Shown: in pieces, positions 25,662-37,309 of the stretch | Position numbering within the stretch: position 1 is the first letter of the stretch | How the letters are laid out: every line of letters begins with the position of its first letter | Source of the DNA: Ranitomeya imitator | Taxonomy: Eukaryota | Reading direction: 5' to 3' | DNA length: 64,000 bases | NCBI RefSeq assembly: GCF_032444005.1 | Contig: NC_091289.1 | Location: 161,200,001-161,264,000, forward strand | The notes under the pieces: generated by a model | What the model was told of the DNA's origin: nothing | The model's input: the letters and a program-made list of their open reading frames with translations, nothing else | The model's database searches: none | Program-made: the position numbers and the translations under genes

Positions 25662-26093
25662 AGGGAATCTATCACCAGGTTTTTGTTATGTAATCCGAGT
25701 TCAGCAAGATGTAGGGGCAGTCTCCCTGATTCCAGTGATGTGTCAGTTACTAGTCTGTGTTTTACTGTTTCAATAAAATTAGTGTTTTATCAGCAGGAGA
25801 TTATAACTACAGGACTAGACGTACTCGTGCCTCCTGGTCCATCCACACCTCCACAACTGATTAGCAGCTTTTTGTCAATATACAGTGTACACAAAAAGCT
25901 GCCAATCTGTGGTGTGCGCAGGGTTATAGAAAGCTCAGCAATCAGAGCTCTGCTAGATCTGCAGCAGAGAAAACTGTGATTCTATCACAACTTCTGAAGC
26001 CAGTAAACTAGATACATCACCGGAATCAGGGTCTCTGGCCCTACATCATGATGCTGTCAGATTACATAGCAAATACTTGTAGACAGATTCCCT
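25662..26093. mobile_element. Kolobok/T2-type MITE (related partial copies at ~10460-10607 and ~55800-56232)
   Basis: TTAA|agggaatct...agattccct|TTAA. Confidence 0.75.
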
Positions 26094-26949
26094 TTAAATA
26101 TTTTTGGTGTAAATTTGGTTCGATCTTAAGCCGATACATCTATCTAAGATTAGAACACATGCACTACTGTATAGTTTTAGAAATCTACAAGGTTGTCCCA
26201 TAGACCGGTTCACAGAATACTCCATAGAATATTTGATAAATATATGATCAGTGGGTGTCTGATTGGTGGGATCCCTAACAATCGCAAGAAGGGGCTCACA
26301 AAGTCCCCTTAGTGATTGGAATCAATGTCACTTGGAGTGCCCTTGGTATCCATTGGATGGAGGTGCAAGTAAATTGAAGATGAATTGGGAGCTAGGGAGA
26401 GATTTCATAGTGGCCCTAGGGTTGCAGCTCAAATAGTGCATCAAACCATTTTTGTCTTTGGGTTTAGAGTAGACTATACATCAGTGGTGAAGATACCCTG
26501 TGTATTTTTCATTGAGTATCAAGGTTCAATTAGCTGTGAAGATGGTGGGGTCTTACACTGGAGTGAAGAAAGACACGAAAGATAGAAGGGAATCCTCTGA
26601 ACTTGGGATGGGCAATTTATTTTCTCAAGGGGCCACATGACAGACCGTGATTGTTGTGGAGGACCAAACTAACCATCCAAACTAAATTCTGTTCATTATT
26701 ATTGTTTATACTAATTTTTATTACTTAATATTAAGCAGAATTAAGTATGCATACTGTTTTTTTTATCATGTTTATAATCATACTGCTTTGGTTATTCAGA
26801 CCTTGTACCTTGATGAACAGCTTCCAACACAATTTACTACATCCATAATCCCCCACACAGCTCTGAACATAGTATGATGCCCCCATATAGCTCCTCAAAC
26901 AATATAATGTCCTCACAAACCCCCACAGAGTATATTGTACCCACAACCA

Positions 26950-29370
26950 TCCACACAGTATGATCATGTCCCCACACAGTATGATCATGTCCCCACACAG
27001 TATGATCATGTCCCCACACAGTATGATCATGTCCCCACACAGTATGATCATGTCCCCACACAGTATGATCATGTCCCCACACAGTATGATCATGTCCCCA
27101 CACAGTACGATCATGTCCCCACACAGTACGATCATGTAGCTACACAGTACGATCATGTCCCCACACAGTATGATCATGTCCCCACACAGTACGATCATGT
27201 CCCCACACAGTATGATCATGTCCCCACACAGTACGATCATGTCCCCACACAGTACGATCATGTAGCTACACAGTACGATCATGTCCCCACACAGTATGAT
27301 CATGTCCCCACACAGTACGATCATGTCCCCACACAGTACGATCATGTAGCTACACAGTACGATCATGTCCCCACACAGTATGATCATGTCCCCACACAGT
27401 ACGATCATGTCCCCACACAGTATGATCATGTCCCCACACAGTATGATCATGTCCCCACACAGTATGATCATGTCCCCACACAGTATGATCATGTCCCCAC
27501 ACAGTACGATCATGTCCCCACACAGTATGATCATGTCCCCACACAGTATGATCATGTCCCCACACAGTATGATATCCCCACACAGTATGATCATGTCCCC
27601 ACACAGTACGATCTTGTCCCCACACAGTATGATCATGTCCCCACACAGTACGATCTTGTCCCCACACAGTATGATCATGTCCCCACACAGTACGATCTTG
27701 TCCCCACACAGTATGATCATGTCCCCACACAGTATGATCATGTCCCCACACAGTATGATCATGTCCCCACACAGTATGATCATGTAGCTACACAGTATGA
27801 TCATGTCCCCACACAGTATGATCATGTAGCTACACAGTATGATATCCCCACACAGTATGATCATGTCGCCACACAGTATGATCATGTAGCCACACAGTAT
27901 GATCATGTAGCCACACAGTATGATCATGTCCCCACACAGTATGATCATGTAGCTACACAGTATGATCATGTCCCCACACAGTATGATCATGTAGCTACAC
28001 AGTATGATCATGTCCCCACACAGTATGATCATGTAGCTACACAGTATGATATCCCCACACAGTATGATCATGTCCCCACACAGTATGATCATGTCCCCAC
28101 ACAGTATGATCATGTAGCCACACAGTATGATCATGTCCCCACACAGTATGATCATGTCCCCACACAGTATGATCATGTAGCTACACAGTATGATCATGTA
28201 GCTACACAGTATGATATCCCCACACAGTATGATCATGTCCCCACACAGTACGATCATGTCCCCACACAGTATGATCATGTCCCCACACAGTATGATCATG
28301 TCCCCACACAGTATGATCATGTCCCCACACAGTATGATCATGTAGCCACACAGTATGATCATGTCCCCACACAGTATGATCATGTCCCCACACAGTATGA
28401 TCATGTAGCTACACAGTATGATCATGTAGCTACACAGTATGATATCCCCACACAGTATGATCATGTCCCCACACAGTATGATCATGTCCCCACACAGTAT
28501 GATCATGTAGCCACACAGTATGATCATGTCCCCACACAGTATGATCATGTCCCCACACAGTATGATCATGTAGCTACACAGTATGATCATGTAGCTACAC
28601 AGTATGATATCCCCACACAGTATGATCATGTCCCCACACAGTACGATCTTGTCCCCACACAGTATGATCATGTCCCCACACAGTATGATCATGTCCCCAC
28701 ACAGTATGATCATGTCCCCACACAGTATGATCATGTCCCCACACAGTATGATCATGTAGCTACACAGTATGATCATGTAGCTACACAGTATGATATCCCC
28801 ACACAGTATGATCATGTCCCCACACAGTACGATCATGTCCCCACACAGTACGATCATGTCCCCACACAGTATGATCATGTAGCTACACAGTATGATCATG
28901 TCCCCACACAGTACGATCATGTCCCCACACAGTATGATCATGTCACCACACAGTATGATCATGTCCCCACACAGTATGATCATGTCACCACACAGTATGA
29001 TCATGTCCCCACACAGTATGATCATGTAGCCACACAGTATGATCATGTCCCCACACAGTATGATCATGTAGCTACACAGTATGATCATGTCCCCACACAG
29101 TATGATCATGTAGCTACACAGTATGATCATGTCCCCACACAGTACGATCATGTCCCCACACAGTATGATCATGTCACCACACAGTATGATCATGTCCCCA
29201 CACAGTATGATCATGTCACCACACAGTATGATCATGTCCCCACACAGTATGATCATGTAGCTACACAGTATGATCATGTCACCACACAGTATGATCATGT
29301 AGCTACACAGTATGATCATGTCCCCACACAGTATGATCATGTAGCTACACAGTATGATATCCCCACACAA
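26950..29370. repeat. 21-bp minisatellite (cccacacagtatgatcatgtc)n, ~115 units
   Basis: Direct reading; gtagct and 18-bp gatatc variants; source of the spurious 826-aa and 902-aa ORFs. Confidence 0.97.
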
Positions 29371-29849
29371 CTCCTTCCAGTACGATTTTTCTACACAGCC
29401 CTCCACTCGGTGTGACTTTCCCACACAGCCCTCAAACATTTTAATGCCCCCACAAACAGTATCATGTCCCTAGACATGAAGAATGGAGAGGTCTGTAATG
29501 TTTATCATAGGGACACTTCAACCGTGAGAGACAGAATCTTAAAAATAAAAAAATAAATAAAATGAAAAACAGAAATTCACATTGTATGATTTTTAAATAA
29601 TGAATTTTCATTTTATTGCATGAAATAAGTATTTGATTACCGACCAACCAGCAAGAATTCTGGCCATCACAGACCTGTTAGATTTTCTTTAAGAAGTCTC
29701 CTACTCTGCACTCATTACCTGTACTAATTGCACCTGATTGAACTCGTCACCTGTATAAAAGACACCTGTCCACACACTCAATCAATTACGCTCCAACATC
29801 TCCACCATGGCCAATGCCAAAGGCCTGTCTATGGACACCAGAGACAAAA

Positions 29850-31967
29850 ATAATAACAATAATAATAATTTTATTTCTATAGCACCAACATATTCCGCAA
29901 CAGTTTACATCTTAGAAGGGACTTGTACATAAAATTAGACATTACAGCATAACAATAAACATAAAGAACAAAACAGACACTAAGAGGAATGAGGGCCCTG
30001 CTCACAATCTATGAGGAAAAGGGGAGACACGAGATGTGGATGGTAACAATTGCTTTAGTTATTCGGACCATCCATAGTGTAAGGATCTGGTGTTCATATA
30101 ATGCTGCATGAACCAGTTATCAGCCTAAGTATGTAGCAGTACAGACACAGAGGGCTAATACTGCATAAAGTGTATGAGAACATGATGCGAGGAACCTGAT
30201 TATGGTAAAAAATTTTGAATGAGCAACACAGGGATAGTTAGGTAAATGCATTGAGATGGTAGGGCAGTCTGAAGAAATGTGTTTTTAGGGCACGCTTAGA
30301 ACTGTGGGGATTGGGGATTAATCATATTAACCTGGGTAGTGCATTCCAAAGAATTGGCGAAGCACGTGAAAACTCTTGGAGACCGGAGTGGGAGGTTCTG
30401 ATTATTAAGGTATTAACCTCAGGTCATTAGCAGAATGGAGGGCACGGGTAGGGTGGTAGACTGAGACGAGGGAGGAGATGTAGGGTGGTGCTGAGCCATG
30501 GAGTGCTTTGTGGGTGATGGTAATAAGTTTGTACTGGATTCTGGAGTGGATGGGTAACCAGTGTAATGACTGGCACAAGGTAGAGGCATCGGTGTAACAA
30601 TTGGTGAGGAATATGATCCTGGCTGCAGCATTCAAGACAGATTAGCGAGGGGAGAGTTTGGTAAGAGGGAGACCGATTAGTAGAGAGTTACAATAGTCCA
30701 GACAAGAATAAATAAGAGAAACAGTAAGAGTTTTTGCCAAGTCGAAAGTAAGAAAGGGTCGAATTCTACAAATGTTTTTGAGGTGCAGATAACAAAAGCG
30801 AGCCAGTGATCGGATGTAGGGGGTGAATGAAAGCTTGGTATCAGGTATGACCCCAAGACAGTGGGCCTGTTGCTGTGGAGTAATGGTGGAGCCACCCACG
30901 GAAATTGCAATATTATATATTATTAAATAAACTGCCCCCAAAACCAAAGTCATCGAAATGGCATCTGTGCCTATGTGAAGGATCTTGCTGATTTCTAAAA
31001 TGGGCATTGTCAAATTGTCTCTTTGATCTAGTGTTTTGGCTCTCCCCGATAAATTCTTAGTCTTTGAACAGATCATCAAAATTAAAATTGAAATGTTGGT
31101 GGAAATTCTTTTCCTTGCCCCCTCTTCCTCCAGACGTGAAAGCATCATGGCAAAACCCGTCATATTCCTTGCGCTTATTTTCATCAGACAGAATCTCATA
31201 CGCTTCAGCTATTTCTCTAAACTTTGCTTCAGCATCAGGACTTTTATTTTTTTCTGGATGATACTTCATGGCAAGTTTGTGGAAGGCCTTTTTGATCTGT
31301 CGCTCTGAGGCATTTTTTGGAACACCCAAGATGTCATAATGTCTTTTTGCCAATATGACTTCAGCTATTAATAATATACAAACTGCAAATGTGAGCACAG
31401 ACTGAGCTGAAGCCATCGCTGAAGATCCAGCCTTCCGCCGACATTACATTATAACATTAATAGAGGGAGGAAAAACAAGTTCAGTTTTTGACAGGTTCAG
31501 TTTCAGATAGAGGGAGGACATGATGTTTGAGACAGCGGTAAGACAATCACTGATGTTTTCTAAAAAGGCAGGCGTGATATCAGGAGAAGAAGTGTATAAT
31601 TGGGTGTCATCAGCATAGCGATAGTACTAGAAACCAAATCTACTAATTGTTTGACCAATAGGGACAGTATACAAAGAGAATAGGAGAGGGCCTAGAACCG
31701 ATCCTTGAGGAACCCCAACAGTAAGGGGAAGATGAGAGGAGGAGCCAGCAAAAGATACAGTGAAGGAGTAGTCAGAGAGATAGGAGGAGAACCAGGAGAG
31801 CACGGTGTCCTTGAGGCCGATGGAGCAGAGCATAGTAAGGAGGAGCTGATGATCCACAGTGTTGAATGCTGCAGAGAGATCCAAGAGAATTAGCATGGAG
31901 TAGTGACCATTAGATTTAGCTGTTAGTAGATCATTAGAGACTTTAGTGAGGGCAGTTTCAGTAGAGT
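29850..31967 (-). mobile_element. L2 LINE, 5'-truncated, interrupted by a DNAJB9 retrocopy
   Basis: RT motifs [26 protein letters not shown] and YADD, plus C-terminal CLGVIPD...LDYCNSLL; (TAA)n tail at 29850; 8-bp TSD. Confidence 0.9.
30922..31440 (-). pseudogene. DNAJB9: DNAJB9 (ERdj4) processed pseudogene, 3'-truncated
   Basis: ORF 31057-31416 has a signal peptide and J-domain ([47 protein letters not shown]). HPD is changed to HPE, there is an in-frame TAA, and homology continues past it to FDDFGFGGSLFN. No intron. Confidence 0.9.
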
Positions 31968-32018
31968 AGACAAAATTGTAGACCTGCACAAGGCTGGGAT
32001 GGGCTACAGGACAATAGG

Positions 32019-32409
32019 CGGTTCCCTGAAAAATGCCCACAAGAAAATTGCCCACATGAAAAATGCCCACAGGAAAATTGCCCACATGAAAAATGCCCAC
32101 AGGAAAAATGCCCACAGGAAAATTCCCCACACGGAAAATTCCCCACACGCAAACCACAGATCATCATTTTTGCAGGTTTGCACTAGGTCAACTGTAAATC
32201 ACAAGTTGATCACATATTATGTGAACATCCTCACCTTGCACCTGAAATATCATAGATCAGAAAGTTTTGTGATGCTGTTATTGGCAATTTTCTGTGTGGG
32301 GAGTTTTCCGTGTGGGGAATTCTCCATGTGGGGAATTTTCCTGTGGGCATTTTTCATGTGGGCAATTTTCCTGTGGGCATTTTTCCTGTGGGCATTTTTC
32401 AGGGAACCG
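32019..32409. mobile_element. Foldback-like MITE with 15-bp tandem subterminal repeats
   Basis: cggttccctgaaaaatgcccac...gtgggcatttttcagggaaccg; both arms are made of gaaaa(a/t)t(g/c)cccaca repeats. Confidence 0.7.
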
Positions 32410-32434
32410 GTCTATGGTTTGCTTATGTCAGTTA

Positions 32435-33795
32435 GGCCGGCGTCAGACAACCGTGTTTTACCGACGTAAGAGAGGTGCTGAAAATACAGATTGCATACAG
32501 TACAATGCTTCTCTATGCCCCAGCTCCTATCAGCGGTATTTTACTGATCCGTATTATACGGTGTTCTACGGTCGTAGAAAATCGCAGCATGCTGCGTTTG
32601 TCACCGTATTGCACAAAAAATACGCCAATGAAAGTCTATGGGGGCCAGAAAAATACGGATTACACACGGACCAGCAGTGTGACTTGCGAGAAATACGCAG
32701 CGGTGTTCTATAGAAAAGCCGGCAATTCAGTGCGGTGTACGGTAAAATCACACTGGCAAGTTACAATAGAATAGCTGAAATAAATGTCTACACATAGCAT
32801 AGGGGTATATATATATATATATATATGTCAGTGAGACACACATATATATATATATATTAATATTTCATCCAGCGCTAGATAGCTTAAAAGCCGGTAATTT
32901 AATTGCCGGCTTTTCCTATCTCCTTCCCAAACCCGACATGATGTGAGACATGGTTTACATACAGTAAACCATCTCATATCACTTTTGTTTGCATATTCCA
33001 CACTACTAATGTTAGTAATGTGTATGTGCAAAATTTGGGCGCTGTAGCTATTAATTTAAAAGGGTTAAATCGCTGAAAAAATTGGCGTGGGCTCCAGTGC
33101 AATTTTCTCCGCCAGAATGGTAAAGCCAGTGACTGAGGGCAGATATTAATAGCCTTGAGAGGGTCCATGGTTATTGGCCACCCCTGGCTAAAAACATCTG
33201 CCCCCAGCCACCCCAGAAAAGGCACATCTGTAAGATGCGCCTATTCTGGCACTTGGCCACTCTCTTCCCATTCCCGTGTAGCGGTGGGAAATGGGGTAAT
33301 GAAGGGTTAATGACACCTTGCTATTGTAAGGTGACATTAAGCCAGATTAATAATGGAGAGGCGTCAATTATGACACCTATCCATTATTAATCCAATAGTA
33401 GGAAATTCTTAAAAAACACACACACATTATTACAAAGTCTTTTAAAGAAATAAAAACACAGGTTGTTGGAATAGTTTATTAGACTGGTAATCCACCTGAA
33501 GACCCTCGCTCTGTAAAAAAGGTAAAATAAAAAAACAACAATATCCCATACCTTCCGATGATCAGTCTCATCCCACGCTGTAAATCCATCTGAAGGGGTT
33601 AACTAATTTTACAAGCAGGAGCTCTGCTAATGCAGCTGTGCTCATGCCAGTAAAACCCCAGCAAATTAATGGAAAGTAGGTCAAAGACCTGTAGCTACCT
33701 TTAGTTGCGGTAAGGCGCCCTCTGCTGGATGTCCTCATATGAACTCGAGCCTGGGAAAATATTCTGAAAAGTTCCCAGGCTCGAGTTCATATGCG
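32435..33795. mobile_element. Non-autonomous Harbinger-like element, right end missing
   Basis: Left end taggccggcgtca(g)ac; internal hairpin at 33737-33793. Confidence 0.5.
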
Positions 33796-33799
33796 GACA

Positions 33800-34693
33800 T
33801 AAAACAATAAAACAAAATACACATATTTGGTGTCACCACGTTCAGAATCGCCCGCTCTATCAATATATAACAATAATTAATCCAATCGGTAAATGGCGTA
33901 GCGAGAAAAAAAATCAAAGGGCCAGAATCAGGGCTCTTTTTCATTTGCGAGAAACACATCCGTGTCTCGCATGTGAAAACCAAGCTCTGGCACCGACACT
34001 CCAGAGCGGAGCGTGCGGCTCCATGTGTTGCTATGCGGCCACACGCTCCGCTCTGGAGTGCCGGCGCCACAACTTGGTTTTCACATGTGAGACACGGACA
34101 TGTTTCTCACAAATGGAAAAGAGCCCTAAGGGTTTTTTGTTGCTGCAACATTGCAATAAAATACAATAATGGGCGATCAAAAGATCGTATCTGCCCCAAA
34201 ATGATATCAATAAAAATGTCAGCTTGGCACGCAAAAAGTAAGCCCTCACCAAACCCCAGATCATGAAAAATTGAGACACTACAGGTGTCAGAAAATTGCA
34301 ACCTTATTTTTTCTACAAACTTTGGATTTTTTTTTCACCACTTAGATAAAAAAGAACTTAGACATATTTTGGTATCTACAAACTTGTAATGGCCTGGAGA
34401 ATCATAATGGCAGGTGAGTTTTAGCATTCGGTGAACAAGACAAAAACAAACAAAAAAAACAAAATTGTGAAATTGCACTTATTTTGCAATTTCAATGCAC
34501 TTTGAATTTTTTTCCCATTTTCAGTACACAATATGGTAAAACCAATGGTGTCGTTCAAAAGTACAACTCGTCCCGCAATAAACAAGCCCTCACATGGCCA
34601 TATTGACAGAAAAAAAAAAGTTATGGCTCTGGGAAGGAGGGGAGCAAAAAAGAAAAACTCATAAAAGTGAAACAACCCAAGGTGGTGAAGGGG
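33800..34693. mobile_element. Right end of a piggyBac-like non-autonomous element carrying a palindromic MITE (33948-34109)
   Basis: Ends in gaagggg|TTAA; related sequence at ~51255-51920. Confidence 0.5.
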
Positions 34694-34699
34694 TTAACC

Positions 34700-37040
34700 A
34701 TCAGATACCCACTATAGGATAGTTACTATCTGTTTCTGCCAGCAGGTGGTGCTCTATGAGCTCTAAACTATTATAAGTATAATTACTATTTGGTTTCTAC
34801 CAGCAGGTGGCACTCTATGAGCTACAAAATATTATAAATACAGTTACTATTCAGTTTCTGCCTGCAGGTGGCGCTCTATAAGATATAAAATATAAGTATA
34901 ACTAATATAAAGTTTCTGCCAGTAAGGGGCACTCTATGAGCTTTAAAATGTTCTAAGTATAGTTACAATTCAGTTTCTGCCAGCAGGTGGCACTCTATGA
35001 GCTATAAAATATTATAAATATAGTTAATATTAGATTTCCTTAAGCAGGTGGCGCATTATTTCTAAAATATTATTAATATCTGTTTCTGTCAGTAGGTGGC
35101 GCTCTATGAGCAATTAAATATTATAAATATACTTAATATTAGGTTTCCGCAAGCAGGTGGCGCACTAGCTCTAAAATATTAATATCTGTTTTTGCCAGCA
35201 GGTGGCGTACTAGCTCTAAAATATAATTAATATCTGTTTCTACCAGCAGATGGTGCTCTATAAGTTATAAAATATAAGTATTACTAATATTCGACTTCTG
35301 TCAGCAGGTGACGCTCTGTGAGCTTTAAAATATTATAGGTATAGTTACTATTTGGTTTCTGCCAGCAAGTGGCGCATGTCCAAAATATTATTAATATCTG
35401 TTTCTACCAGCAGGTGGCGCTCTATAAGCTATAAAATATTATGAGAATAGCTAATATTCAGTTTCTGTCAGCAGGTGGCGCACTATTTCCAAAATATTAT
35501 TATTATCTGTTTCTGCCAGCAGGTGGTGCATGTCCAAAATATTATTAATATCTCTTTCAGTCAGTAGGTGGTGCACTGTCTCTAAAATATTATTAATATC
35601 TGTTTCTGCCAGAAGGTGGCGCACTATCTCTAAAATATTATTAATATCTGCTTCTGCCAGCAGGTGGTGTTCTATGAGCTTTAAAATATAAGAATTACTA
35701 ATGTTCGATTTCTGCCAGCAGGTGGCACTCTATGAGCTATAAAATAATATAAGTGTAGTTACTATTCGGCTTCTTCCAGCAGCTGGTGCACTATCACTAA
35801 AATATTATTAATGTCTGTTTCTGTCAGTAGGTTGCGCACTATCTCTAAAATATTAATAATATCTGTTTCTGCCACATGTTTCTATAAGCTATAAAATATA
35901 AGTATTACTAATATTCAATTTCTGCCAGCAGGTGGCGCTCTATGAGCTATAAAATAATATAAAGCTACTATTAAGTTTCTGCCAGCAGGTGGCGCCCTAT
36001 AAGCTATATTATAAGTATATTTACTATTTGGTATCTCTCAGCAGGTGGCGCACTATCTCTAAAATATTATTAATATCTGTTTCTGCCAGCAGGTGGCGCT
36101 CTATGAGCTGTAAAATATAAATAAAGTTACTATTCAGTTTCTGCCAGCAGGTGGCGCTCTATGAGCTGTGAAATATTATAAATAAAGTTACCATTCAGTT
36201 TCTGCCAGGAGGTGGCGCTCTATGAGCTGTAAAATATAAATATAGTTACTATTCAGTTTCTGCCAGCAGGTGGCGATCTATGAGCTGTAAAATATTATAA
36301 AGTTACTACATAGTGGATGCTTTCCTGAAACGGAAAGTACTTGAAAGCAGCATAATACAAAGAATAGCAGGTTTACCCAGAATCCTTTGCAGTAGGCGGA
36401 GCTATGCAAATCATGCGCTGTGGATTAGACAGGGGTGGAAAGAGATGATTTGCATAGCTCCGCCTACTGCAAAGGATTCTGGGTAAACCTGCCATTCTTT
36501 GTATTATGCTGCTTGCAAGTACTTTCCGTTTCAGGAAAGCATCCACTATGTATTTCCTTTAAGTAGAGGGCTTTTCGGTCTCTTTCGTCCCGCTACATTT
36601 AGCCCAACTTGGGTCTCTCCCTAAGGTGGCTAGCATATATGTATAAAGTTACTATTCAGTTTCTGCCAGCAGGTGGCGATCTATGACCTGTAAAATATTA
36701 GAAATAAAGTTACTATTCAGTTTCTGCCAGCAGGTGGCGATCTATGAGCTGTAAAATATAAATATAGTTAATATTCAGTTTCTGCCAGCAGGTGGCACTC
36801 TATGAGCTGTAAAATATTATAAAGTTACTATTCAGTTTCTGCCAGCAGGTGGCGTTCTATGAGCAGTAAAATATAAATATAGTTACTATTCAGGTTCTGC
36901 CAGCAGGTGGCGATCTATGAGCTGTAAAATATTATAAATAAAGTTACTATTCAGTTTCTGCCAGCAGGTGGCGATCTGAGAACATATAATATGCAGCATG
37001 CACGTAAATATCCGTCCTCCGCCAGCAGGTGCCGCTCTTG
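34700..37040 (+). repeat. Tandem array of 45-62 bp units, each with a CTCF-consensus core (tgccagcaggtggcgctc), ~35 copies
   Basis: Counted by eye; conserved GC core alternating with AT-rich linkers. Confidence 0.9.
36309..36641. mobile_element. Hairpin insertion inside the array, 13-bp target duplication
   Basis: 108-bp arms at 36307-36414 and 36445-36552 (2 mismatches); tataaagttacta is duplicated at 36296-36308 and 36642-36654. Confidence 0.7.
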
Positions 37041-37199
37041 CACAGTTTCTGCAGGGATCGCCCCCTATACTTTGTGCTCCAGTTATTTATAAAGGAATTA
37101 TTGGGCTGGAATATTCGGAGGATAATAATGTTCATCCGGGTGCGGATAGTCAGATGTAGCAGCAGTGTGAAGCGCTTCCTGAGTGAGCTGCTTGTTGTG

Positions 37200-37227
37200 G
37201 TAACTATGACAACGTTGTCATGGAGAC
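37200..37227. promoter_or_regulatory. Two back-to-back RFX X-boxes in the AXDND1 promoter
   Basis: GTAACTATGACAAC and GTTGTCATGGAGAC match the X-box consensus GTTGCCATGGCAAC; about 85 nt upstream of the ATG. Confidence 0.7.
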
Positions 37228-37309
37228 TGTAGCGTTGGAGGAGTTGTCAGTGAGTTGTGTGCTGGAATCTGGGTGCTGATGTGCACATGCAGGAGAGCTG
37301 CAGCCCACC

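Larger units (their letters stand above)
29475..32018 (+). mobile_element. Tc1 relic (5' part), split by an L2 insertion
   Basis: MANAKGLSMDTRDK at 29806-29849 continues as [17 protein letters not shown] at 31969-32018; agacaaaa is duplicated at 29842-29849 and 31968-31975. Confidence 0.8.

Noticed and set aside
26731-29439. 902-aa (minus) and 826-aa (plus) ORFs
   Set aside because: These are translations of a stop-free 21-bp minisatellite, open on both strands at once, with no promoter, splice or domain support
30642-31199. 185-aa DNAJB9-L2 fusion ORF
   Set aside because: A chance read-through across the insertion junction; it starts out of frame with DNAJB9
31057-31416. Functional DNAJB9 or a secreted mini J-protein
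   Set aside because: HPD is mutated to HPE, there is a premature stop and 3' truncation, and it is embedded in a LINE with no evident promoter
34700-37040. CRISPR-like repeat/spacer appearance
   Set aside because: The context is vertebrate, the linkers are homologous to each other rather than unique spacers, and no cas genes are present
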